DNA from: an uncultured Nitrososphaeraceae archaeon
Lineage (GTDB): Archaea; Thermoproteota; Nitrososphaeria; Nitrososphaerales; Nitrososphaeraceae
Length of the DNA stretch: 64,000 nt
Assembly: GCA_963765895.1 (NCBI GenBank)
Contig: CAVXZB010000038.1
Location: 1 to 64,000 of the forward strand
Reading direction: 5' to 3'
Shown here: positions 1 through 11,146 of the stretch, piece after piece
Layout of the letters: every line of letters begins with the position of its first letter
How positions within the stretch are numbered: position 1 is the stretch's first letter
Translations under genes and position numbers: made by a program
Notes under the pieces: generated by a model
Told to the model about the DNA's origin: nothing
The model's database searches: none
What the model saw: the letters and a program-made list of their open reading frames with translations, nothing else

Positions 1-16
1 ATCCCACCGAACCCGC
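1..16 (+). tRNA. 3' end of a tRNA gene (T-arm 3' strand plus acceptor 3' strand), truncated by the window edge; probable attL core
   Basis: ATCCCAC-CGAACCC-G reads as T-loop end, 5-nt T-stem strand, 7-nt acceptor strand and discriminator G. An integrase remnant follows directly and the sequence recurs at 2194 and 11101. Isotype cannot be determined. Confidence 0.6.
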
Positions 17-62
17 GTCAAAGTTGTCTCTTTATTACCACCCGCTTTACTATAATATGTGA

Positions 63-384
63 TTGAGCGCTCCGTCTGTCGCATATCAAGCCAAAGAAAT
101 AACAAATGAAGATCCACTATACGCCTTTATGTATGCCCTAAAATCCTCTGAAGCAAGAAGACAATATCCAAAAAAGGTTGAGAATGCTGTTTGACCATCT
201 TAAAATATCAGGCTTGTTAGCCGAACAGGCTAAAGAGCTTCTGAACAAGACGAGGGAGATGGGTATTCATTGGGCTCAATGTAGTATTATTAGATTTCTT
301 GACTTTCATAAGGAGAGGGTCAGATGTAAAGAACTGGCCGCTGGTACGCTTAAAAATTACTATAGAACATGGACGGTTCTATAA
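63..384 (+). pseudogene. Tyrosine integrase N-terminal remnant (frameshifted, truncated)
   Basis: EDPLYAFMYALKSSEARRQYPK, then a +1 shift in an A6 run into RLRMLFDHL...AGTLKNYYR. Homologous to the N-terminus of the integrase at 11147; no catalytic domain present. Confidence 0.75.
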
Positions 385-444
385 GTATGGGTTTGCCTTG
401 CATTTCTAACGACATGAATAGAGCGATGAACATGGAAATGATAC

Positions 445-648
445 TTATGAGGATACCAGCAGCCGCGTAAGAACTACCAACATAATGATTGCAGTTGTAT
501 AGCTAATCCAAGTCACCAGGGTAAGCAGGACGGTATTGTATCCTGAAGATGCCACGATTTGAAAGTTTATAATAAATTCGATGATCACACAGTAGCAGAG
601 AAATGAAACAATTCCGAATATATAATATATAAAAGATATATGATACAA
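445..648 (-). pseudogene. Fragment of a polytopic membrane protein of the same family as 42847..44244
   Basis: FQIVASSGYNTVLLTLVTWISYTTAIIMLVVL aligns by eye with LQIFFQGIYKTVFLRAEVYISHICGLVFLSLL. Confidence 0.45.
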
Positions 649-656
649 AATATATC

Positions 657-1097
657 ATGTCCAAAGGTAAGACAGATGAAATATCGCGGACATTAGTTCC
701 AGACTTTCATTATAGTTTCAAATACACAGAATCAGACAGTCAGACGAACAGTTACTTGCTCATTTCATATGATTCAAAAACAAGACTTCTAAAATCATCA
801 ACAGATGTTAGCGGTACCAATGTAAGTGAGAAAGCCATTAATGATGCTGACGATAACGAATTGTCTAACTCAGTAATAAGTAATAGAGATGACTTCTTTA
901 AATCAATACCTGACTACTCTACTAAAAATGAATCTAAGGGAGAAAATCAAAATACTGTACTATACAGTCTAACAGTTACGGTTAATGATGATGTACACAC
1001 AACAAAATGGGCAAATGCCTATAAAGATTTACCAGATAGCATTATCAAGATTGTGGATGGAATTAAGAACTTATCTATTGAGAAGAAAATAATCTAA
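657..1097 (+). CDS. Hypothetical protein, weak resemblance to emfourin-like (M4 protease inhibitor) fold
   Basis: 146-aa ORF; C-terminal YSLTVTVNDDVHTTKW...LPDSIIKIV pattern. Confidence 0.5.
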   Translation: MSKGKTDEISRTLVPDFHYSFKYTESDSQTNSYLLISYDSKTRLLKSSTDVSGTNVSEKAINDADDNELSNSVISNRDDFFKSIPDYSTKNESKGENQNTVLYSLTVTVNDDVHTTKWANAYKDLPDSIIKIVDGIKNLSIEKKII

Positions 1098-2172
1098 TCT
1101 AATTCTGATTATAACCAGATCTGATTTTATTTCGATAGGGAATCATTAGAGAACTAGAGTAATCTTTACCAATGATTTCATAATACCGGCTGCCATACTT
1201 CCTGTAAATGGAATGGATAGAATGGTTAAATCAGGTATCCAGTAGGGAATGATGGTAAACTTGTTTTCTGGATGCAATAGAATATTCGTAGTAGAATTGG
1301 CAATAGAACTAGTTATCATTTGCTATTGGTCTGTTTCCTCTCTGTTCTGCTCCAGAATCTGTTACCACTAATTGATTTCGAGAAAATATTTAGCTGTCAA
1401 GCCACTTTGGGAAAATGTACTTGGATGAATGAAAATCACTGGTGGGTGCACCGATAGGTTGACCACCTAGTATAGTGATGAGTCTATCAGCAAATCGTTT
1501 TCGGTTTTTAATGCAGCCTTAATAGCAAATAGTGCCTATTAGATAGATACGACCTTCACGTTGAATATCAGCGACTATGTCGAATCCAGAAATCATAGAT
1601 TGGTTGGTTGATCGTCTAAGATCCGTCTGGATTTCATATGGTCGTATGGGACGTAAGTGAATTATGGATATTTAGCCTCTCTAATCACTCTACTATGTAA
1701 TTTGTTTTGACATACTTCAATCAGCATTTAGACCAATTTGTAGAGATCTAGTTAGTATAACTTTCTAAAAATATAACAAGGAAGTATTGTTATTGCTGGC
1801 AACACTGATCACTGAGTAATTGAATTCTCAAAACCCTGTATGAGGATCTATAGGGCCTATAGGCCTGCCGCTTGTTTGCCACTGTTGCTACGTATCCAAA
1901 CGAAGGGCAGCGAAGAAAGTGGTCGTAGCGAAAAGGAGAGGAAGGTAACTTTGTTACTCAATTTTTATTAATATTAATTCCCACAGAATATTGCTCGACT
2001 CAATTCATTCGTATGGCCATAAGGAATCCCGTCTATTGGTCGTAGGTTGGTAAGCAGTATCCCCTACGAGGACTCGGATTCTGGTGGTCATTTTTTGGGT
2101 TTTTTAGTTAGTATATTAGCCCGGACGCACTTGTGATACCTGCTTTTAATTTAGCCCAGAGTCGAGTGGCAA

Positions 2173-2210
2173 AATTGAGTCAAATTTGATGCACATTCCA
2201 CCGAACCCGC
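2173..2210 (+). repeat. att-like site 2 (arm motif, 5-nt spacer, tRNA 3' core)
   Basis: AATTGAGTCAAATTTG-N5-CATTCCACCGAACCCGC; same layout at 11080-11117; core matches positions 1-16 with one mismatch. Confidence 0.85.
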
Positions 2211-2456
2211 TGAGTATATGCCCACAATATTGAGGACCATGAAGCTAAATACTTTTTGTGTAGTTTACTAGTGACTGGTAAATGCACCTATCTCTGTAAG
2301 AATTATGAGACTTGTAGCGGATTCGTATTATATCGCAATAACTCGACGGAGGAATTTTAATTAAATGGAATTATGCCATGTTCAATTCCGAAAATCTCGA
2401 CTCGAAAAGGAACAAGAGCAAACAGCTAAGGCTAAGATAAATCCAAAACCAAAATA

Positions 2457-2579
2457 ATGGCAGAAGCCGATGCAAAAGCTACGCGCGATAATGCTCCTAT
2501 TCAGTACTGTAAGTTTTGCAATCTCGAAGTATTATTCGAGAAAAATACTGATGGCAAACTAATCTTAGCAGGCGTGTGA
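2457..2579 (+). pseudogene. Small MGE-type zinc-finger remnant
   Basis: MAEADAKATRDNAPIQYCKFCNLEVLFEKNTDGKLILAGV; a detached GQAHLC segment near 2615-2632 would complete a CxxC..HxC finger. Confidence 0.4.
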
Positions 2580-2731
2580 TATTTCTTTACTCCGGTTTAT
2601 GAAGGCTAGAAATGGGTCAGGCACATCTGTGTGCATTAGACAATTATCATCAGACAATTATCACCAGAGAATTAATTAAGATATTTGAAGCTCGAGGAAT
2701 TTTGTCGGCAATGAGATAGCGAGCTACCTCA

Positions 2732-2970
2732 ATGAGCAAGGACAATAACAACAACTTGAAGCTAAGAACTAATCCTAATTATCATGTCTTAACTCGTCCT
2801 TATACCTCAAGTGAGTACAAGGATTGGTCAAGAGCAGCCTATAATCATAGATAAAAAGGGCCAGATTCTGGACGGACATCATAGATTAAAGATCGGTGAA
2901 GATCTCGGAAATTAAGCCTTGGATAAAAATAAATAATTATGAGAGTGAAGACCAAAAGATTACAGTGATA
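2732..2970 (+). pseudogene. ParB/Srx N-terminal domain remnant
   Basis: LRTNPNYHVLTRPYTSSEY ... GQEQPIIIDKKGQILDGHHRLKI contains the ParB DGHHR signature; frameshifted. Confidence 0.7.
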
Positions 2971-2971
2971 A

Positions 2972-3037
2972 CCATGATTCACATTCTGTTACATACTAGG
3001 TACAAACTTTTTCCCCTAGCGGATACCTTGTTAAGTC
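2972..3037 (+). repeat. Degenerate ~65-bp direct repeat, copy 1 (copy 2 at 10277-10341)
   Basis: ccatgattcacattctgttacatactaggtacaaactttttcccctagcggataccttgttaagtc versus ccatgattcacatcttcttacacaccagatacaaacctttccccagcggctaccttgtctaagtc. Confidence 0.75.
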
Positions 3038-3173
3038 ATCAAGTGATACCCGTGAAATGCTGTATTATGACGTAAATCGTGGTATCTATGTAAACAATGG
3101 CGATATAGTATTAGACTATAGTGCTTGCTATCTTTCTTGCTACATAGATTGCTAGGCTGACAGAATATAATCC

Positions 3174-4988
3174 TTAGGGCCTAAGGAGATCAACTTGATC
3201 TTTTCCTAGCTTGGATTCTATAGTGTTTACTTCATCGACGAAGTCATAAAGATGTTCCATAACCTCCTCATAAGAATAATTATTCTGGTTGTTTCCAAGT
3301 GCTATGGAGGCTTGTACCAAATGACTGTGCAGGCTGTCCTTCATCTCCTTTGGAAGCTTGTCCAAATTTTGTACGGTGTATGATAATGAATGAATAAGCT
3401 TATCAAGTGCATCATATTTTCCAAATGCCATCAATTGCCTTATAGTATGGGCTGAAAAGTCTGCCATGGCAAGACCGACTGCATATGTGTCGTCTTTGCG
3501 TTCAATTCGCATCACTCTATCTATATTGACCTTGTCGTCTAGCAATAATTGCCGATATGTTTTCTTGTTGCTTGTATGAATTGTGCTCTTGGTAAATTCA
3601 GTATCTAAAATATTCTTTATTCTGTCCTGCGTATGTTGATCTTCTGTGCTCTTTATAAGTTTCTCTACCAAATCCCTATAGTCTGTTATCATCTTTGTAA
3701 CACTTTCTTCATATTCTGTTTTATCCATTAGGAGCAGGTTACCCTTTCTTGATGTGACAAAATCGTTGTCTGATGGGACTGGATAATCTGAAATTTTAGC
3801 TGGCCAAACATCGGCAATGTATATATTTAGTGCAGGAATCCTTTCTGCTTCTTTCTCCTCACGTTTTGTTTTCCAATATTCCTTGTGCTTACTTATCAGC
3901 TCTCTTAACGGTGTATTGCTGGACATACCCCCATCCCAAAATGTTCTCTTTTTCTCATCTTTGTCGTGTGCTGAACTTTCATCTTCTAAAGCAGCATATC
4001 TATAAAGATCAGGCATTGAAAAAGTTGTACTTAGTTGCTCCCATTCAATACCATTAGGATACGTTATGAGGTGCTTATACTTATTGTCGGCATATTCTTC
4101 ATATTCGGTAAACCATGTATTATTCCCTGACTTGTCGCGTTTTGGATAGCTATCAAATGATACTGTATCTCCTGATTTGGCATCGACAGTTACAAATAAC
4201 AGTCGTGGTTCTTGCTCTTTGGTATCGGTTTTGATTGAATCAAGGATATAGCCGTGGCAGGCTTCTCTCAAGGAATAATTATTAGGTAGATACCTCCAAT
4301 AGAACGGGACCTGTCCTTGCTCGCCACGGAATCTAAACCCGCGAGAATCCAAGAATTTTAAGTCATACCGAGGAATTGCTGCAGCAACATTTGGTGAAGC
4401 AAAAGTCATAGTACTCCAATGCCTTCTAGCTGCTTCTGTTGAAGCTGGGGTATCCAATGCCTCTGTATAAAAACGTAGAAAATCAAACCATTCTTTTACA
4501 AATGGGTTATTGCTACTACTGTTATCCTTCCAGAAATTGAGCATAGACTCTTCTGCTCTGTCAAGTACCTTATTCCAGCCTCCCTTCATACCTTTGGTTG
4601 TAATATGAAAGTATTCCCATGGCCAGAAACTTGAATCATACCAGTCCATAAGGAAATTATTTTTTATTGGTAAACTGTTCCAAAAGTTTTCTAAGACTTC
4701 TGCAGAACCATACCAATATTCAGGCAAATTGCTCGGTTCGTTATCACCTTGTTTTCTCCTTTTTTCTGCCTCTCTCTTATTTTTCAGGACATAACTTACA
4801 ACAATAGCGCCATTAATTGCGCCTATAGAAGTGCCTGCTATTACATCAAAGAAATTTTCATTTTTCTTGCCAGCAGTAATACTTTTGTAAATCCAATCAT
4901 GTAAGACCCTATAAACACCCGCCTCATATGCTCCAAGTGCTCCACCTCCTTGGAAAATTAATGCACGCTGTTTCGGAACTAGGGCCAT
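3174..4988 (-). CDS. Patatin-like phospholipase
   Basis: GGGALG oxyanion loop, GTSIG nucleophile elbow and DGG catalytic motif; 604 aa. Confidence 0.92.
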   Translation of the reverse strand: MALVPKQRALIFQGGGALGAYEAGVYRVLHDWIYKSITAGKKNENFFDVIAGTSIGAINGAIVVSYVLKNKREAEKRRKQGDNEPSNLPEYWYGSAEVLENFWNSLPIKNNFLMDWYDSSFWPWEYFHITTKGMKGGWNKVLDRAEESMLNFWKDNSSSNNPFVKEWFDFLRFYTEALDTPASTEAARRHWSTMTFASPNVAAAIPRYDLKFLDSRGFRFRGEQGQVPFYWRYLPNNYSLREACHGYILDSIKTDTKEQEPRLLFVTVDAKSGDTVSFDSYPKRDKSGNNTWFTEYEEYADNKYKHLITYPNGIEWEQLSTTFSMPDLYRYAALEDESSAHDKDEKKRTFWDGGMSSNTPLRELISKHKEYWKTKREEKEAERIPALNIYIADVWPAKISDYPVPSDNDFVTSRKGNLLLMDKTEYEESVTKMITDYRDLVEKLIKSTEDQHTQDRIKNILDTEFTKSTIHTSNKKTYRQLLLDDKVNIDRVMRIERKDDTYAVGLAMADFSAHTIRQLMAFGKYDALDKLIHSLSYTVQNLDKLPKEMKDSLHSHLVQASIALGNNQNNYSYEEVMEHLYDFVDEVNTIESKLGKDQVDLLRP

Positions 4989-5357
4989 CTACCTTTATCA
5001 CGCTCTGCAGTCTTTTGTGCTCTTTCTTGAGACATGGTAGAGCTAATTTCACCCTATTTAGATAAGCATTTCCCCCAGTTCTAAAATATTAGAAATGTGA
5101 ATGCAGATACTAAATTAATTAAGTAGGCAATCGCAATACGATTATCGATCAATATCGATAATTCCACAGTATGCCGAGATATCAAATTCCTAACTGCACA
5201 ATCGCAAAAATACCTTAACGACCTGGCACGCTCTACGTTCCCCTTTAAGTACCAAACTTCAATCGAGGGTATTAGGTCCATACTTAAAGAATGCTGGAAT
5301 GTGTATCAATCAGACGACAAATCTATCAACTGGCTTCAACGGATATCAGCCTTGAAA

Positions 5358-5700
5358 CTAGCGAGAGTGCAACGAGGCTATATTTAACCTGGTAGATGAG
5401 GGACCTTCAGTTATGTATCTTAAACAACTACAATAGATCTCACATGTCTTTATAGGGAAATCCCTAATTTTGTCGCGTATTTCTTGAAATGAAATATTCC
5501 CATCTTTTACTACCGTAATAAAATGTGTAAGGAAATCAATCCTTTCATAATAATTATTAATCATCTTCAAAAATCGTAACCATTGTTCTCTGGTAATGAT
5601 GAACAATTTTATCATAGACTTGTGTTTGCATGCAGTGATGTGACAAGTTTTCTTCAGGCCCAGGTCTATAGGGGGTCGGTCTCATGCGCCACTGTAATAT
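5358..5700 (-). pseudogene. Possible HNH endonuclease remnant
   Basis: Joining frames gives GPEENL / ITACKHKSMIK...TREQW, resembling the HNH 'NLVTACxxCNxxK' motif. Confidence 0.25.
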
Positions 5701-5842
5701 CCTAGTAATCTTAGGTAAGTTCAGTAAGGGCATATTAATAGCATGAAAACCGGTATTAAACAATTCGTAAAGCTACAAGACATTGTCGATACAATAAATA
5801 ACAATGAAAAGTCTTATCTAGTGGGATGAGTTTTACACCTTA

Positions 5843-6520
5843 TTGGACTCGTTCTCTCTGTATGGGAAGATCATCTCAAAAGATAATGTTCCCTTGGGTG
5901 GAATGAATATTCAGGCCTTTGACCAAGATTCTATAGACCCGGATGATCTTCTAGGACAATCAACAACCGACTCTAACGGCATTTTCAAAATCGACTTTGA
6001 CAAATCAAAATTTAGCAAAGCATGGGAGTTGTTGGAAGGTACACCAGATGTATATTTGGTAATAAATGATTCTCACAGAAACCAATTACTAAAGACAAAA
6101 GTTATGCAAACTCAGAAAGAGATCGATTACCATGTTAAGAATAATGGAGAGCATGATACACCAGATCCTAATGCTAAAGACACCTATGCTGGCAATGCTC
6201 GCCGACTTATTACCATGTTGCGTGATGTGGGTAATATATTGAGTAAAGAAAACCAAATAAATTTGAATATGCTTCAAAATGCTAATCTATCAGAAGATAT
6301 AAAAAAAGATATCCAGAATTTTGTTAACGATAATGAAGATAGATCAAATAACTTTAAACAGATTATAGCGGTACTGGCAAGCCTCTCGGATACCGTTCTT
6401 GAAGAGCTACATATAGATGATATAGGATATGATGGCCCACAGGTGCCAAGATATCCAAGACGAGAACAATACAATAAAGTGATAATATGGCCAAGGAACG
6501 AGGTGTTCAAATGGGCATAA
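5843..6520 (+). CDS. Transthyretin/carboxypeptidase-regulatory-like domain protein, first gene of an operon
   Basis: IQAFDQD..DDLLGQSTTDSNGIFKIDF...PDVYLVI pattern; its stop overlaps the GMC gene start. Confidence 0.7.
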   Translation: MDSFSLYGKIISKDNVPLGGMNIQAFDQDSIDPDDLLGQSTTDSNGIFKIDFDKSKFSKAWELLEGTPDVYLVINDSHRNQLLKTKVMQTQKEIDYHVKNNGEHDTPDPNAKDTYAGNARRLITMLRDVGNILSKENQINLNMLQNANLSEDIKKDIQNFVNDNEDRSNNFKQIIAVLASLSDTVLEELHIDDIGYDGPQVPRYPRREQYNKVIIWPRNEVFKWA

Positions 6521-9158
6521 TTTATGGGATTGAGGATCTACCTCAGAGAAATGAGAACTATAAAGTTATTATTACAGATATTGTCGAAGAGACTGATATA
6601 TGCATTGTGGGATCAGGTGCTGCCGGAGCAGTCCTTGCCAAGGAGCTTGTAGAATCAGGAAAAAGGGTTGTATTGTTAGAGAAGGGCGGTTATTATGAAG
6701 GCAAGGATATGAATCAACGGGAGGCAGACATGATGCCTCTTCTGTGGAAAAATGCAGGCTTTAATTTTAACGATAGCCTCAGAATTGCTATAGCACAAGG
6801 TTGCTGTTTGGGCGGATCAACCATAATTAACGATGCAGTTTGCTTTGATACGCCACCCAGTGTTCGTGAAGAATGGAGCAATAAATATGGCGTTGACTTT
6901 AGTAATGATGAGTGGACTAATCATTTAAAAAGAGTAAATGAAACCTTGCACGTTACTGAAGTAGAAGATAATGAATTAAATAGAAATAATATGATGCTAA
7001 GAGAAGGCGCAAGGAAGTTGGGATTAAGGGATCACAGAAAGAATAGCAGAAATTGTGTTAACTGCATGCAATGTGGATTCTGTCATATCGGTTGTCACTA
7101 TGAAACCAAGCAAAATGTGCTTGTCACATATATACATCAAGCGCTAAAAAATCCAGATTCACAGATACATATATACTGTAATTGTAATGTGAGTAAAATC
7201 GTCTACAGAAATGGCAGGGTCGAGGGAGTAGATGGCGATTTCATAGATATAGATGGAAACAAAAAATATAGGATAAGAGTTAATGCTAAAGTATTTATTA
7301 TAAGTGCAGGAGCCATAGCGTCATCAAAGCTGCCTCCTCGCAAATGGTATCGCAGAAGATACAGCCGGAAGGGGATTATGTTTGCATCCTGGGATTCAGG
7401 GTACTGGGCGATTTTGATTATGAAATAAAGGGTAACGAGGGCATTCCAATGGCATATACTGTACATGATTTTGGGGTTGATCGGAAAACAGATGAAACAA
7501 GAAAAGAGTATAACTTTGATTCAGGAGGTGAGTTTCTCATCGAAAGTATATTTATTCCGTTATTTCAATTTTCCATAGCTCTTTCTGCAAGTAGTATTAT
7601 AGAACATAGGAAGTTGATTGAGAGATTTAATAATTACGCAATGGCTGGAATAGTCGTCCGTGATGGCAATATAGGTAAAGTTTCTCTCACAGCGACTGGC
7701 AGAGCAAGCGTAACTTATGAGGCAGGTGAAAATGAGCTCAAAGTACTGGCAAAAGGAGTTGAGGTGTTAGGCAAGATGTGGTTTAGACTGGGAGCAAGAA
7801 GAATAATCATTCCTCACCGCAATCTAAGTATAATAGATAGAGAGGACGATATTCCTAAATTAGTCGATAAGATCCTTCACGATCCAAAAAATCTACTTTT
7901 GGGATCTGCACATCCACAATCCGGAAATAGGATTGGTGCCGACGCCACCGATTCCGTTGTAGATTCAAACTGCCGGGTACATGGACTAGAAAACCTCTTT
8001 GTGTGTGATGCAAGTGTGTTCCCAACCGCAGTAGGAGTTAATCCCCAAATTTCTGTAATGACAATAGCATCAATAATTGCGTCTAGAATACAACGAGATT
8101 GGGACGCACAATACGGGCCTCTGAATCTTGGAAAGCAATTAGACAAGGTTTGCGAAATATCACAACCCATGTATTGTCTTAGAGATAATTTGTCACAAAT
8201 GTTTGATTCGGTTGATACGCAATACGGGGCACAGACGCTAATTAATAGCGTCAATGATAAGGCCGACGAGTCAAACTGGAAATTTGATGCAGAAACTCTC
8301 ATGATTACCAATAACTCTCACTGGAAAGGCATTTTTCCAAGGGATACTGATCTGCGAAACACCTTGACATTATACTTTGGAGGATTCTGGAAAAGATTTT
8401 CTGATAGTGAAAAACCTACTATATCCTCCACCTCTGTATCTTCTTTATCTTCAGATATAACCGGAATTACTCATCCCTTTGAAGTACCCGTATTTGCGGT
8501 AAACACAGCTCTGGATACCAAATTAGATGGATTTGGCAGAGTAGTTTTACTAAAGTATAGAGATCCGCCCTATAACATGTTCTACGATGTCTTAAAAATA
8601 GTGGACGAAAATACCGTTTTAGGCAAGGCATTTTTCACCGATCCGCAATCAGGTAGGGAAATACTGACATTTTCAATGTCCAGAAGGTATCCACTTGAAT
8701 ACATGACTGAAGAAGATCATGAAATGCTGTATAGCAAGATGAAAAAGCCGTCTATGGAAGCTATGATAGGGGTTTGGGAAGGTCAACTAGTATCAGATTC
8801 TACATGGACTGATCCTGCGTTCAGATTCAGATATTATTTTGAAAATAATACTACAGGAAGGATTTTGAAAAATGACTATTTGTTTAACAATACTTTAGCA
8901 GGCACTGCCACAGTCGAGGAAAAAGAAGATCATTTGGAGATGCACGATGAGACGAAAATATTTCATGACGAGTTAAGACAGATTGATGACAATATGGTGA
9001 TAGGCAAATATTATTCAGAGACCAAATTTGCGCTTGGCTGGTTACCATCAGAAGGCTTGAGTTTCTTACATTTTGATACACAAAGATCAACTATTTATCT
9101 GCCTTACATACTCAAAAAAATCGGAAATGAATCAATCTTTAGAAATAGATTCGGTTAG
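6511..9158 (+). CDS. GMC-family FAD oxidoreductase (long-chain alcohol oxidase-like) with extra C-terminal GXWXG/DUF4334-like domains; two frameshifts near 7332 and 7398
   Basis: GSGAAG dinucleotide motif, LGGSTIIN, CMQCGFCHIGC, SAHPQSG and DASVFPTAVGVNPQISV. The bridging frame reads LLANGIAEDTAGRGLCLHPG. C-terminus has GVWEG and two FxDxLxxxDxNxVxGK repeats. Confidence 0.88.
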
Positions 9159-9281
9159 CGTTTCTCATTACCAAAATGAGATGTAATATAATTGGTTAAG
9201 GGATACTGCTGCTAATGGTATTTGACTCACCGAACACCAAATCTTCTATTTCTTAATATACAGAATCACCTAATCTAGCAT

Positions 9282-10115
9282 ATGCCAAAAATTATAGTGA
9301 CCTCAGATCAACACCTTGGTTATGTAAATTCCAATGTAGATGATTTTAAAAAATTTCTAGAATACATTTCTTCCATTAAAAATGAAGTAGAGTCATTTGT
9401 GATTCTGGGAGACTTTGTCGATATGTGGAGAAGGGATGCCAGCGGTCTATTTTTGGAAAACTCAGATATTGTCTCGAAGCTCTTAGCATTAAGGTCGGCT
9501 GGAATTAAGATCTATTTTATAGCGGGAAACCATGATTACCATGTTTTGAGATTGCTCCATCACAGTTATCCATTTGAGTTTCGCCAGGATCTGCTATTGC
9601 CTACGAAAAGCGGCAAATTAAATTATAAGTTCAGACACGGTTGGGAATATGATTTAGCACAACAACCTCCTATCATGGAAATGCTGTGTCATAACATGTC
9701 TGACGATACGGGAGGTGCACTTTCGAATTTGTACAATATTCTTCTGCATTTAAAGGATCATTTTTCTAACATAAGTGATCTGATTGATTATCATGGCGGA
9801 AAAGAGGGTTACATTAAACACCTTATGACAAAGCCTGAAGACCGCTTGCAGCCATTTCTATCTGATGTAGAACGAAAGGCGTACCGTGATGTCAAAGATG
9901 GAGAACGGTTGTTATTTGGTCATACTCATAGACCATTTGTTAGCCGTGATTTGAAGCTTATTAATACCGGCTCTTGGGTGAAAGATCAACAGACAATCAA
10001 TGCTAATTTCAATACATTTGCTGAATTAGACGGCGATCAAATTAAACTCATGTCCTTCAAGGATGTCGGTGAAGTCATTGATATAACAAATAATTTCGCT
10101 AAAGATATCTCCTAG
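9282..10115 (+). CDS. Calcineurin-like metallophosphoesterase (LpxH-like)
   Basis: SDQHLG, GDFVD, GNHD, HG, GHTH and NTGSW motifs. Confidence 0.9.
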   Translation: MPKIIVTSDQHLGYVNSNVDDFKKFLEYISSIKNEVESFVILGDFVDMWRRDASGLFLENSDIVSKLLALRSAGIKIYFIAGNHDYHVLRLLHHSYPFEFRQDLLLPTKSGKLNYKFRHGWEYDLAQQPPIMEMLCHNMSDDTGGALSNLYNILLHLKDHFSNISDLIDYHGGKEGYIKHLMTKPEDRLQPFLSDVERKAYRDVKDGERLLFGHTHRPFVSRDLKLINTGSWVKDQQTINANFNTFAELDGDQIKLMSFKDVGEVIDITNNFAKDIS

Positions 10116-10276
10116 TAGTAGGTTGTCTGGCGGCCTGTCCATTTAAATGGGGTAGCGCAGAGTTATCATTACCATTATTATCATTATTATTCAGTGACAT
10201 ACACATATGACGCTGTCAATTCTTTTGGTTGCTCACCGTCTGCGACAACTGTAGACATGACTATTTCAGGAGTATT

Positions 10277-10341
10277 CCATGATTCACATCTTCTTACACA
10301 CCAGATACAAACCTTTCCCCAGCGGCTACCTTGTCTAAGTC
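10277..10341 (+). repeat. Degenerate ~65-bp direct repeat, copy 2
   Basis: Matches 2972-3037. Confidence 0.75.
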
Positions 10342-11079
10342 TTTGATATCACAGTCCCAGCTGATGCCCCAGATCCCGCCACCACACATATTATTAGTGG
10401 TTCTCCATCGCCGCCTGATGGCATACAGGTAGGAACATACAAAATTGTAGCCATTATAAATGCACAACCCATATCAGCAACATTTCAAGTTACAAATTTG
10501 CTCTTGGACATAGTCTACCAGCCTTCACCGTTAGACCATAACTGGCTAGTTTGGCGAACAGCCTTATCTTTCAAGGATCCGCTACTGTAGCGGATGTATA
10601 AACGAGAGGCTGATTATAATACTGTCGGCTTTACCTTTTCTAGTGGTAGATTTGTTGAACGGCAAAGATCAGAGTAGCTTTAGGTTACTCTCATGAAACT
10701 TCACTGGAGGTTTAGTATAAATTTAGTATAAATGTCTGCATCAATATAATCAGGTATTGAGCGATGAAGAAAATATTAAAAGGATAAGAGATCAGGGAAT
10801 ATTTTCAAACGATCTGCAGACTGTAACGGTAGCAATTGATGCCCTTGAGCCTTATGGAAAGAGGGTAGTAGAGGATTGCTTTGCGTTCTATGGCCAGATA
10901 AAACCAACTGAGAGTTAGTCAGTTTTTTATATATGATCATTGGACTTTAATTACAAAAGTTACTATTTTCTTTTGCTAATGCATGTTTTTGACAGATTAT
11001 GTACACAACTCTGTTGAGAATAAGATAGCAAGAAGTGGTAGATTTCATTTGTTTATCAGTTGTTTGTTTTGGGTGGACT

Positions 11080-11117
11080 AATTGAGTCAAATTTGTCTTG
11101 CATTCCACCGAACCCGC
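11080..11117 (+). repeat. att-like site 3
   Basis: AATTGAGTCAAATTTG-tcttg-CATTCCACCGAACCCGC, immediately followed by an integrase pseudogene. Confidence 0.85.
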
Positions 11118-11146
11118 AACGATATAGTTCTCTTATAGGATTCGTC

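Noticed and set aside
1180-1700. Degraded minus-strand coding traces (RFADRLITILGGQPIG)
   Set aside because: Too fragmented to assign; the ferritin-like resemblance is not supportable.
1-11117. Repeated CCACCGAACCCGC as a CRISPR repeat
   Set aside because: Only three copies, kilobases apart, with no cas genes; better explained as att sites.
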